Source: an uncultured virus (IMG/VR IMGVR_UViG_2061766007_000739)
Lineage: Duplodnaviria > Heunggongvirae > Uroviricota > Caudoviricetes
Direction: 5' to 3' (one strand)
DNA length: 23,195 nt
IMG/VR virus record: IMGVR_UViG_2061766007_000739
This document shows positions 9,180 to 17,679 of this stretch, piece after piece (within the stretch, counting starts at the first letter, position 1; every line of letters begins with the position of its first letter). The notes under the pieces are model-generated. The model made no database searches, was not told the origin of the DNA, and saw only the letters and a program-made list of their open reading frames with translations. Made by a program: the position numbers and the translations under genes.

Positions 9180-10885
9180 TAGCCCACCTTGAAAAGAGCG
9201 TTCGCGGTACTTCTCTTCATAATCATGCCGGCTTTCCGCCCGTCAATCAGCATGGTAATCATCTGATATCCGTTTGCCGCATCCTCATCCGACCACTTAT
9301 CAATTTCCTTGGGCTCGGTCTTCGGTTTCAAGAGGTAGAATGGAGGATGACCGTTTCTCCTAATGTACATGGCAAGTTCCCCCATTGCCTTGGTTATACC
9401 GTCGGTCTCCTGTGCAGCCATTTCTTTTTTTGCCCCTCGGCCAAGAAGCGGAATCTTACTCAGCAGCTTCTTGCCGGCAGCCGCTGCAGCATCGACTAGT
9501 CCCTTGTTGGCATTGTCGCTCTTGGTGTTGACCTCGGCCATTGCCTTGGCATAGCTCTTGAAGGACGCCTTCGGGTCAACGACACTGTAAAATGCCGACA
9601 AATGACTCATCGGGACTGTCACAGAAAGGTTCTGGTCAACAAGCACACCATCACTTACACCGAGTGGAATCACCTTTACGCCTTCCTGACTCTCACCGGA
9701 CTTTCCTTCAATATCATCATACATCACCACCAGATTGTTGCGATGACAGGGGGTACCCTTGCCCCGTGCAATGCTTTTCAGTACATCGACCGGAGACTTT
9801 AATGCATTCTTGATGTCACCTAATGCATCCTTGATGCCATCGATAGGTCCCTCGACAAGAACGGTGTCGTTTCCAGAAACCGATTCCGTCCGCGCATCTA
9901 TCCTGGCCTGCTTATCGGTATTCGCACCATCATCATGCCCGCCGATACCGAGCGTACCCATGATGCCGAGTCCGAGTGCCTTGGCCACATCCGGATCGGA
10001 ATTAAGTTGTTTCTTGAACTCCTTATACGCCCGCTTCTGCTGTTTTGGATCCTGCGCACGGAGCATTTCCCTTACCAACGGTGAGGACAGGTTAATCATG
10101 GGAAACCCGTATGACTTTATCACTGCATTTTCCCAATCAGAATCATCAATCTCGACGTTAAACGCGTCCGGCACCTCAATCTGCCCGACAATCTCGGATA
10201 TCGCCTTGGAAATTTCGTTTTTCTGTGCAAGCGAAGCAGTATTCTCACCCTTGGTGTTGAGTTTTCCGGACTTCTTCAGTTCCTCATAGAACTCTGGATC
10301 GGTTTTCTGGATAACCGCAAACACCAGTTTACCGATACCCATCGGGTTACTGGCAAACTTCTCGTATACCTCGGGCCACTTTTCTTTTGCTTTCTTTGCC
10401 TCCCCATCGATGTATTTCATAGCCTGTATCTGAATCGGGGACCCCTCGGCACCATCAAGGCCAAGTTCAGTCAGCTTTGAGGAAATATTTTCGAGAATTT
10501 CATTCCGGTTCGGATCATCCGCCGGCTTTGGAGCCTTTTTCTGTTGTGGCATCTTGGTTTCACCAGCAACAACTCCATCCATGCCACCGGTAGTCCCTTT
10601 ATTGGCGGCAGACGGCTTTTGAATACGTGGCTTGACTGCCTGCTTCATTTTCTGTTTCGGCTGAATATTGCCAGAGGCTTGTGTCTGTGTCTGGACCTGA
10701 CCGGCCTCCATCATTGGGGCGATGATATCGTATTCGACCAGAGTGTCGGCCAGCATCTTCGCCGTCGAATTGTCACATTCGAACATTATCTGCGAACCAT
10801 CGATTTCAGCACCTGCCGTTTCCATGGTGGGCACGAACTGGTTGAACTCATCGGTATTCTTGACAGTGTAATTTATGAAATCCAT
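9179..10885 (-). CDS. hypothetical protein (568 aa), possible virion/head protein
   Basis: Long ORF preceded by TATAAACT; the N-terminus has several hydrophobic-x-E motifs. Confidence 0.85.
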   Translation of the reverse strand: MDFINYTVKNTDEFNQFVPTMETAGAEIDGSQIMFECDNSTAKMLADTLVEYDIIAPMMEAGQVQTQTQASGNIQPKQKMKQAVKPRIQKPSAANKGTTGGMDGVVAGETKMPQQKKAPKPADDPNRNEILENISSKLTELGLDGAEGSPIQIQAMKYIDGEAKKAKEKWPEVYEKFASNPMGIGKLVFAVIQKTDPEFYEELKKSGKLNTKGENTASLAQKNEISKAISEIVGQIEVPDAFNVEIDDSDWENAVIKSYGFPMINLSSPLVREMLRAQDPKQQKRAYKEFKKQLNSDPDVAKALGLGIMGTLGIGGHDDGANTDKQARIDARTESVSGNDTVLVEGPIDGIKDALGDIKNALKSPVDVLKSIARGKGTPCHRNNLVVMYDDIEGKSGESQEGVKVIPLGVSDGVLVDQNLSVTVPMSHLSAFYSVVDPKASFKSYAKAMAEVNTKSDNANKGLVDAAAAAGKKLLSKIPLLGRGAKKEMAAQETDGITKAMGELAMYIRRNGHPPFYLLKPKTEPKEIDKWSDEDAANGYQMITMLIDGRKAGMIMKRSTANALFKVG

Positions 10886-10912
10886 TGAAATTCCAGGGAA
10901 ACCTTTTCCGGG

Positions 10913-10920
10913 AGTTTATA
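10913..10920 (-). promoter_or_regulatory. TATAAACT putative late promoter
   Basis: AGTTTATA on +, 27 nt upstream of ATG 10885, within a 38-nt intergenic gap. Confidence 0.6.
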
Positions 10921-10923
10921 AGA

Positions 10924-11265
10924 TTAGACGGGTTCCTCTGCAAGCATTTCTTCCGTGAACACCTCGAATTCCGTCGAATGGAATACACCCAACCGCATTT
11001 CAAGTTCTTCTCTCGTCTCAATAAGTGCGACAATTACTGCACCGTTCAGGATATAAGTCTTGTCGCCGACCTTCAATATGCGATTTATCATCACCACGGG
11101 CTTCCGCTTTCCACCAAAGTACGTATGATTCTTGAAACGCATCTCATGCGTTTCAACTCCCTCGGGCAACCTCCAGAACTTTGGATACCGTTCATTGACG
11201 ATCATGGCGCCGCTTGGAAAATTTTTCTTCATAAGTTCATCGAATTCGTCGAAGGTCATCGCCAT
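10924..11265 (-). CDS. hypothetical protein (about 113 aa)
   Basis: GAGGT SD precedes ATG 11265, immediately after the polymerase stop codon, suggesting coupling. Confidence 0.75.
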   Translation of the reverse strand: MAMTFDEFDELMKKNFPSGAMIVNERYPKFWRLPEGVETHEMRFKNHTYFGGKRKPVVMINRILKVGDKTYILNGAVIVALIETREELEMRLGVFHSTEFEVFTEEMLAEEPV

Positions 11266-11266
11266 A

Positions 11267-12823
11267 TCACGATACCTCACTAGAATACATATCGGCAATC
11301 CTCATGTCAGCCTCGTCGCCCCATTGGCAATCGTACCCAACTTCATAGAATGACGCCATCTCGGCGGAAACGGTGCTGTCGTCGGGTTCAAGGATAGCCT
11401 GTTCCTCCACCGTAGTGGTCGGAATACCGAACCGTTCGAGCTCGCGATCCAGAATGTCCTTCACTTTTCCCCCATACTGTGCAGGCACGATTATCTCATC
11501 ATGCACAGTACAGTAGGGACACCCGATTTCGTTCTTGATTGCTGGTACGACGACATCGAATATGAAAGCGCTTTCCATACGCTGCAACTCGTAGGCCAAC
11601 GCCTTGTAATTTCGTGATTTCATTCTGTCAAGCAGCGACAGCAGCATTGGGTAATGTTCGCCCCATACGCGTCTGCAGGCGACCGAGCGGGGATCGGCAT
11701 TCTCCGGCAAAATAGGTCCCGCAAACAGGGTGACTAGGAACGCCTTCTTGGCCGAATCCCTGTCAATTTCCATGTCCAAGTCACAGTCCTCGGACATTTC
11801 CTTTGAAAAAAACTCGTACAGCTCCCTGTGTTCGAGCTTGCTGCGAAAATCGGCAAATTCGGAATGCAGTTTCGCTGTCCGGCACCATTCGGTCATGACA
11901 TTGTCTACCGATATGAAGGATGCCCTGTTCCGACCAAGTGTAACCGGGTTTCCTCCCAGCACGGCGTCGATAATGTGACATAGGAACGCACCCTGGCTGG
12001 ACTTGATGTCAATTGAGGCCACCGGCCCGTCATCGCACATTAGGGCGGTTTCGCGGATTTCCCGCTTGAGCTGCGTAACGTTCGTATGAACACGTCCATA
12101 GTCGTCACGGACAACAAACAGGGACGTTCCACTTTCATTGAGTCCATTGAACCTGTCCACCTTCCCCATCTCGACATCCAGCTTGCGTCCGGAAACCCCC
12201 GCATTTTCCAACGCCTTCCTGGCACGTTTCCGGTCTATCCTGAAATGCGCCAGGTTCCGGTGCGCGTCGCACACTACGGGATCATCCATCTGGTTCCGCT
12301 TGCGGTCCTCGGCGCATTTTTCGAGACGTTTCAGCAGGATTTTCGACTTGAGCTTGATGGGCATCATGCGCCCGGCGCGAAAATCGCCCTTGCCATACAG
12401 GTGGGCAACGTCCTTGGCGTAGCAGTATTCCTTCAGCATCCACCCATAGGTCTCGCCGAACCACACCGCCTTGCTCATACCCGGGGTCGTTTGGGTTCTC
12501 GGGCAATACGCCGAGCCGCGCATCAGCACACCCCAGGATTTCAAGTTTGTAAAGACTTCTATGTACTTATGGCCCATGGCGTTATCCATTATCTTCGAAT
12601 ATAGCCTGCAAAACCATTCCTTGCACTTCGGGGGACGGTTTGTTACCATGTATTCGTCGTGGTACGCCTTAAGCAATCCCTTCGTTACCCAGTGGATGAT
12701 TAGCCAGTAGTAGTCGTAATCCCTCTCGGGCACATTATGCTCTTTCAGCAGTGCACGGATGGGTTTCCTGAACTTGTCCAGGACCCGTATCTCGTATTCG
12801 AACTTGGTTCGTGTTTCCGACAT
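11267..12823 (-). CDS. stand-alone PolA/T7-RNAP-superfamily polymerase (TV-Pol-like), about 518 aa
   Basis: YGRVHT, motif A SIDIKSSQ (D at 12008-12010), motif B RDSAKKAFLVTLF, LQRMES and motif C TVHDEII (11495-11503). No exonuclease motifs seen. Start taken as ATG 12823 because the upstream in-frame segment is a structured leader. Confidence 0.75.
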   Translation of the reverse strand: MSETRTKFEYEIRVLDKFRKPIRALLKEHNVPERDYDYYWLIIHWVTKGLLKAYHDEYMVTNRPPKCKEWFCRLYSKIMDNAMGHKYIEVFTNLKSWGVLMRGSAYCPRTQTTPGMSKAVWFGETYGWMLKEYCYAKDVAHLYGKGDFRAGRMMPIKLKSKILLKRLEKCAEDRKRNQMDDPVVCDAHRNLAHFRIDRKRARKALENAGVSGRKLDVEMGKVDRFNGLNESGTSLFVVRDDYGRVHTNVTQLKREIRETALMCDDGPVASIDIKSSQGAFLCHIIDAVLGGNPVTLGRNRASFISVDNVMTEWCRTAKLHSEFADFRSKLEHRELYEFFSKEMSEDCDLDMEIDRDSAKKAFLVTLFAGPILPENADPRSVACRRVWGEHYPMLLSLLDRMKSRNYKALAYELQRMESAFIFDVVVPAIKNEIGCPYCTVHDEIIVPAQYGGKVKDILDRELERFGIPTTTVEEQAILEPDDSTVSAEMASFYEVGYDCQWGDEADMRIADMYSSEVS

Positions 12824-12994
12824 TGCACCAACTGAACAGAAGGTGCCCCCGAGTCTCCCTCTATAATGAATCGCTGGACGGAAGACAGCGGGGGCACCAA
12901 AGCTAAAAATCATGAAGATGGGTCCAGCGAAGACCGTTCGCCCGTAGCTTATACCCGGACGTAAAAAACTTTCCCGGCACGAGCCCAGCATGGA

Positions 12995-13023
12995 AAGTTA
13001 CGAAAACCTTCCGACTTTAGCAA
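12995..13023 (-). promoter_or_regulatory. sigma70-like promoter for the polymerase gene
   Basis: Minus strand TTGCTA-17 nt-TAACTT(T). Confidence 0.55.
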
Positions 13024-13133
13024 GGGGTTATTCGCCTGTTACTATGTAAAAAATTTTTTAAGTTTACATAATACTTAGGTACAACCAGCTACTGAGAAGT
13101 ACAGCAGGCTTTGCGCCAAAACTACTATCCCTT

Positions 13134-13292
13134 CCATAAAGATGTTTACGAAACAAGGTCTTGGCATAAACACACCTTGTGCCAGGACCTTTCCAAACTC
13201 GGCTTGTACCAAAGGCACCAAATCGCCCGGTAGGTAATCCAGGCGTATGAGCGTCTTGGCACAGCTACTACATAACCATAAAGATGTTTACG
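13134..13292 (+). repeat. 17-bp perfect direct repeat CCATAAAGATGTTTACG (two copies) flanking a 15-bp hairpin
   Basis: Copies at 13134-13150 and 13276-13292; hairpin arms 13155-13169 and 13177-13191. Confidence 0.85.
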
Positions 13293-13321
13293 TTTTATCG
13301 GAAAAAAGTACGGAGGTGATG

Positions 13322-13350
13322 TTGACACTGAGGTTATTTTTTGCTACATT
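13322..13350 (+). promoter_or_regulatory. sigma70-like promoter with extended -10
   Basis: TTGACA (13322-27), 17 nt spacer, TACATT (13345-50) preceded by TGc. Confidence 0.8.
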
Positions 13351-13357
13351 TATTGGC

Positions 13358-13825
13358 ATGAGCGAAGGAAATATTAGCATTAGTGCTCGAGAGAAAAAAT
13401 TCCGGGTGGGTGTGTTTTCACCCACGGATTGGCATGCCGGTATGACGAAACCGTCCATGGTTGTCGAGTTGTATCCGGTATTTCATCGGTCGACCGTATC
13501 GTTTGTACCGACACTAGTCGGCGATTGCCCGGATGTTATTGATGGGTGGGAGCCCGGGTATATTGCCGACAAGGTCGCGGCTGCCGTAAAGGCGGAATTG
13601 GAAGCCGAGGGTGAAACGCCGAACGAAGACCGTGCTCATGACCGGACATGGATCCTGTCGACAACAGAAGGGTATATCCGTCCAGGGACGGAATACCGGG
13701 TGGTAATCTGGTTCGTATCTGAATGTCCGGGCGAGATTTCTGCAATATGGGTTGCTTCTGCAGATTCGGTAAACCGCAAGACTGTCACGGTTAATGAACC
13801 GAAGGGACATATGTATAGAGTGTAG
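13358..13825 (+). CDS. hypothetical protein (155 aa)
   Basis: ATG 13358 (MSEGNIS...) directly follows the promoter. The longer 13247 start runs through the repeat and promoter region and is unlikely. Confidence 0.75.
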   Translation: MSEGNISISAREKKFRVGVFSPTDWHAGMTKPSMVVELYPVFHRSTVSFVPTLVGDCPDVIDGWEPGYIADKVAAAVKAELEAEGETPNEDRAHDRTWILSTTEGYIRPGTEYRVVIWFVSECPGEISAIWVASADSVNRKTVTVNEPKGHMYRV

Positions 13826-13830
13826 AGCCA

Positions 13831-15717
13831 ATGGCCGAAGCCGAAAAGAAATATGATGTCGTTGTTAAATTCTCGGTGGGTGATGATTCACACACCGCTG
13901 TTCGGGCATATCCGGTAAATCCGAATTTTAATCCGAAAAATGTGCACTTGTTCATGCAGTCCGCCTTTACATATTACAACAAGGCGAAGAAGTATTCCTG
14001 GGAAGCAAAGCATCACATCCGCGGGTTCGACTGCAACGAGTATTTTTACGACAAGTCCAACGGGTGGATTCCGACGGGCATGATCCCGAGGGCGCGTGAC
14101 TACCTGAAAATGCAGTATGGTGACAGGGTGGCCATCACGATTTCCAAGGAAATCCGCAATATGTTCTCCCCGCCTTTCGGGCAGATTACACGAGAGGACA
14201 TCGAGGAGTTCACCAAGACGCTCAATATCCACGACCGGGAAACCGGGAAACCGCTGATCCCGTTTGAACACCAGTACCGTCTTGTCGAGATTGCGCTCAA
14301 CAGGCGACGTGGCCTCCTGTTTGCCTGTACCTCCGCTGGCAAGTCGGTATCGATGATGATAATCGCCCGATACCTGATGGAGAAGGAACACAAGAAGATC
14401 CTCATCATCGTACCGAGCAAGGGCTTGGTCGAACAACTTTATGACAACTTCTACACCGACTACGGATGGGACGATGCGCGTGAATACTGTACCCTGCTGC
14501 ATGGCGAATCCTCTGACAAGATTTCCAAGAAGAAACTGGAAGAGTTGCAGAAGAAGTCAATCGGTGAAGAGAAGTTGTTGAAGCAGATTACCATATCAAC
14601 CTGGCAGACGCTCCAGCACAAGCATCCGGGTTTCTTCAAGGTGTTCGATGCCGTCCTCGTGGACGAGGCACATGGTATGCGCGGTGTCGTCCTACGCAGC
14701 ATCCTCGAACACTGTGTTAACGCGAATAATTTCAAGGTCGGTGTTTCCGGGACTCTCCCTCTTGTCAAGCCGACAAGGGAGAACCGCGGAAACCATGGCG
14801 AAATCGGTATCAGCCTGGCGCCCAGGGACGTTACCGACAGTGCCGAGTTCATCGACGCATGCAATATCGAATCCCAGTTGGGTCCGATTTATGACGTGGT
14901 GCATCTCCGTGACCTTATCGCGAATGGTACGTTGACCCCGGTGAAGATGCACATGATTTACATCCCGTATCCCTACAATACACGCTATGGCATATGTTAT
15001 GCCAAGTACCAGATGGAACGGGCAATCGTCCTAGGGAACAGTTCCCGCAAGGACGTGATTTCCATGCTTATCGACGCCGGCCACCTCGGTACCGACCAGA
15101 ACTCGGTCATCCTCTATGACGGTATTGAGCGTCTGCACGACCTGCACGATTTCTTGCAGGGAAAATATCCACAGTACACCTACCATATCATCGAGGGTGA
15201 AGTCAGCGCGTCCGAGCGCGAATCTATCCGAAAGCTTCTGGAAGGCAGTACTGGCAATATCCTCATCGCCACTTACGGTTGCATGAAGCAGGGTGTGAAC
15301 ATCAAGCAGCTCAACAACCTGGTTCTTGCCGAGCCGGCCAAGTCGATGTACAAGGTGATGCAGTCCATCGGGCGCGTGGTGCGAAAGCACCCGAACAAGC
15401 AGGTTGCCAACGTGTACGATCTCGTGGATGACGCAAATTGCTGGAAGCGCAAGCTGGACGGGACATCGGAGCAGATGTTCAACTACATGATGATACACGC
15501 CCGTTACCGCATGACGTACTATGATGCGGAGAACATCCCCATCGAGGAGCAGCACATGGATGGCATATACGAGGCACAGCTCACCCCTGATGACATCAAG
15601 AAGCACCGAAAGGAAGCAGCCGACCGTGCCGCCGAACGACTGCAGAAACAGAAGCAGAAGAATGGTGGGCAGATAGAGTTGGATTTGCCGTACAAGAAGA
15701 AATTCTCGCTGATTTAG
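13831..15717 (+). CDS. uvsW: UvsW-like superfamily 2 DNA helicase
   Basis: Q motif FEHQ, Walker A CTSAGKS, IIVPS, DEAH, SGT, QGVNI, QSIGRVVR and VYDLVDD, the arrangement seen in T4-like UvsW. Confidence 0.85.
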   Translation: MAEAEKKYDVVVKFSVGDDSHTAVRAYPVNPNFNPKNVHLFMQSAFTYYNKAKKYSWEAKHHIRGFDCNEYFYDKSNGWIPTGMIPRARDYLKMQYGDRVAITISKEIRNMFSPPFGQITREDIEEFTKTLNIHDRETGKPLIPFEHQYRLVEIALNRRRGLLFACTSAGKSVSMMIIARYLMEKEHKKILIIVPSKGLVEQLYDNFYTDYGWDDAREYCTLLHGESSDKISKKKLEELQKKSIGEEKLLKQITISTWQTLQHKHPGFFKVFDAVLVDEAHGMRGVVLRSILEHCVNANNFKVGVSGTLPLVKPTRENRGNHGEIGISLAPRDVTDSAEFIDACNIESQLGPIYDVVHLRDLIANGTLTPVKMHMIYIPYPYNTRYGICYAKYQMERAIVLGNSSRKDVISMLIDAGHLGTDQNSVILYDGIERLHDLHDFLQGKYPQYTYHIIEGEVSASERESIRKLLEGSTGNILIATYGCMKQGVNIKQLNNLVLAEPAKSMYKVMQSIGRVVRKHPNKQVANVYDLVDDANCWKRKLDGTSEQMFNYMMIHARYRMTYYDAENIPIEEQHMDGIYEAQLTPDDIKKHRKEAADRAAERLQKQKQKNGGQIELDLPYKKKFSLI

Positions 15718-15724
15718 ATAATTT

Positions 15725-15775
15725 TGTTGATATATTGTTGATAAGTTGTGAATAAAATGTTGGTTTTGTTGATAG
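15725..15775. repeat. cluster of DnaA-box-like 9-mers in an AT-rich spacer
   Basis: TGTTGATAT 15725, TGTTGATAA 15736, TGTGAATAA 15747, TGTTGATAG 15767. Confidence 0.65.
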
Positions 15776-15826
15776 ATTGCAAAATATGAAAAATTTGACA
15801 AGTGTTGGCAAATTTTTAGCAACTGT

Positions 15827-15836
15827 TGCTATATTT
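15827..15836 (+). promoter_or_regulatory. extended -10 promoter element
   Basis: TGCTATATTT, matching TGCTACATTT (13342) and TGCTATGTTT (18542); the -35 spacing is imperfect. Confidence 0.5.
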
Positions 15837-15858
15837 ATGTTATTGAAGGTGGATTTCC

Positions 15859-16257
15859 ATGATGACTGATGAGAGAAAATATGCTATTGCACTACTGAGG
15901 GCATTTGCCAATCCGATGATACTTGCTGACGAACTCGGGTATATTCCAGTGTTTAAGTTCAAGTCCGGGGTATTGAAGAAGGCAATCCGGGAAGTTCGGA
16001 AGACCGGCGATACTTCCTTGGTCGTGTTTGCAAAACGCGCCCGTGGTGATAAGGGCGATATCATTTATCTCGCGGTGTACGACCACCAGATCGGTACCAA
16101 AAGGACAGCTTTCACGGAGGGTGTCATCATATATAGGGGACTGAAGGAAATTCCGTTCAAGAACATATTGGAGAGCAACGCTGCTATTCGAACTGTGTAT
16201 GCAATCTATCATTATGCGATGTCATTCAAGCAGTATGGTTGCAGTGCGGGGATATAA
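15859..16257 (+). CDS. hypothetical basic protein (132 aa)
   Basis: ORF with AAGGTGG SD-like sequence; its stop overlaps the next start (TAATG). Confidence 0.75.
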   Translation: MMTDERKYAIALLRAFANPMILADELGYIPVFKFKSGVLKKAIREVRKTGDTSLVVFAKRARGDKGDIIYLAVYDHQIGTKRTAFTEGVIIYRGLKEIPFKNILESNAAIRTVYAIYHYAMSFKQYGCSAGI

Positions 16258-17669
16258 TGGCCGGCAAGAAAAAGAAAGAACCAACATTTGAACTCCCGCC
16301 CTTAAAATCATACCGGTCGGTAAACAACCGGTATCTGGTACTGGACTGGGCATCCATGTCCTACCACAAGATGTTCTCCATCAACACGGCTAAGAACCGA
16401 GAGAAGTACGGGTTCATGGGTGCCGAAGGCGAAATCAAGCTATGGCGCACATTCATGGTCGATGAACTGATGAAACTCATTGCCCTTTTCGATCCGATGC
16501 ACATCATCATCGCACTCGAAGGTCCGGGTTCATGGCGCAAGAAGTTCGTCAAGGACTACTACGCCGAGCACGCCACAGTCTATTACGTCAACGATCCCGA
16601 CAACAAGGCCTACTTTGTCCGTGCGGACAACCTCGGGTACGAGGTGAGGAAGGCCCAGGACGGGAACTTCTGCGTTACCCCCATTCCCATTGACGACTTC
16701 CCGAAACTCAACGAATTGAAGCACAAGCAGTTGGGTGAGTTCAATGAAGACAGGCAGAAGATGTTCTGGGACATCTATGCACCCAACGGGAAGGACCCCA
16801 TCCTCCCGTCATACAAGGGAACCCGCAACAGCAATGACTGGCCGTTCACAATCGACCGCAAGATTTGGCGAAAGTACAAGGAGCAGTTTGCCCAGGAACT
16901 CGCACCCATCTTCCGCGCCCGTGCAATCTCGTGCAAAGGTGCCGAAGGTGATGATGTGGTCTATGCGTCAGCGAAGATGTTCTGTGGGAAGGCCGATGAC
17001 GTAATCGTCGTGACCCATGACTCTGACTTGCTGCAGTTGAACTTTCCGAAGGTGAAGGTCTTCGACCACATCAGTTGCAACTTCATGACAGTGGACGATC
17101 CGGTCAAGTACCTCGACATCAAGGTGCTCGCCGGTGATAGCTCCGATAACATCCACGGCATGTCGTTCATCAAGCCGAAGACAGGTAAACTGGATTTTAC
17201 AGTAAAGAACAGATTCGGTGAGGGAACCGCCGCGAAATTTATCCAGGCGTTCCCGAACGTGTACGACGTGGCGAAGAACAACGGTTGGGATGACCAGTAC
17301 ATGCGCAACCGCAAGCTGATTGACCTTTCCTGCACACCACCGGAAGTCGTCACCCGCCTGAACGATATGCTTGCCAAGCCTGAGCCGGAACTCTGCGGTT
17401 TCGAACTCCTGGATTTCTGGGATGTCGAGCCGTACTACAAGGACCTCATGCAGAGCATGCGCTCCTATGGCTACCGTTCCATGATACCGGCGGCAATGGC
17501 CGAGAAGAAGGCGCCAGTCGCATTGCCGGCAGTTCCGGTTTCGGGTTTCGATGACAAGAAGTTCATGCCGATACCTCCGGGCGGTCCACAGACTGTGGCC
17601 AAGCCCGCCATGCAGGGATTTACATTTGCGGACACCGCCGGAATCGACGATGTCGGGAACCTTTTATAA
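16257..17669 (+). CDS. rnh: T4 RNase H-like / FEN 5'-3' exonuclease (470 aa)
   Basis: LVLDW, SWRK, YKGTR, AEGDDV, THDSDLLQL and LAGDSSDNIHG...FGEGTA (H3TH). Start at ATG 16257. Confidence 0.85.
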   Translation: MAGKKKKEPTFELPPLKSYRSVNNRYLVLDWASMSYHKMFSINTAKNREKYGFMGAEGEIKLWRTFMVDELMKLIALFDPMHIIIALEGPGSWRKKFVKDYYAEHATVYYVNDPDNKAYFVRADNLGYEVRKAQDGNFCVTPIPIDDFPKLNELKHKQLGEFNEDRQKMFWDIYAPNGKDPILPSYKGTRNSNDWPFTIDRKIWRKYKEQFAQELAPIFRARAISCKGAEGDDVVYASAKMFCGKADDVIVVTHDSDLLQLNFPKVKVFDHISCNFMTVDDPVKYLDIKVLAGDSSDNIHGMSFIKPKTGKLDFTVKNRFGEGTAAKFIQAFPNVYDVAKNNGWDDQYMRNRKLIDLSCTPPEVVTRLNDMLAKPEPELCGFELLDFWDVEPYYKDLMQSMRSYGYRSMIPAAMAEKKAPVALPAVPVSGFDDKKFMPIPPGGPQTVAKPAMQGFTFADTAGIDDVGNLL

Positions 17670-17679
17670 GGAGGGCCTT

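Noticed and set aside
12862..12867. TATAAT on + strand as promoter of an antisense RNA to the polymerase leader
   Set aside because: No -35 or extended -10 at the proper spacing; insufficient support.
13134..13292. Mini-CRISPR array from the 17-bp direct repeats
   Set aside because: Only two short repeats with a 125-nt spacer, which is not CRISPR geometry. No array was seen anywhere in the window.
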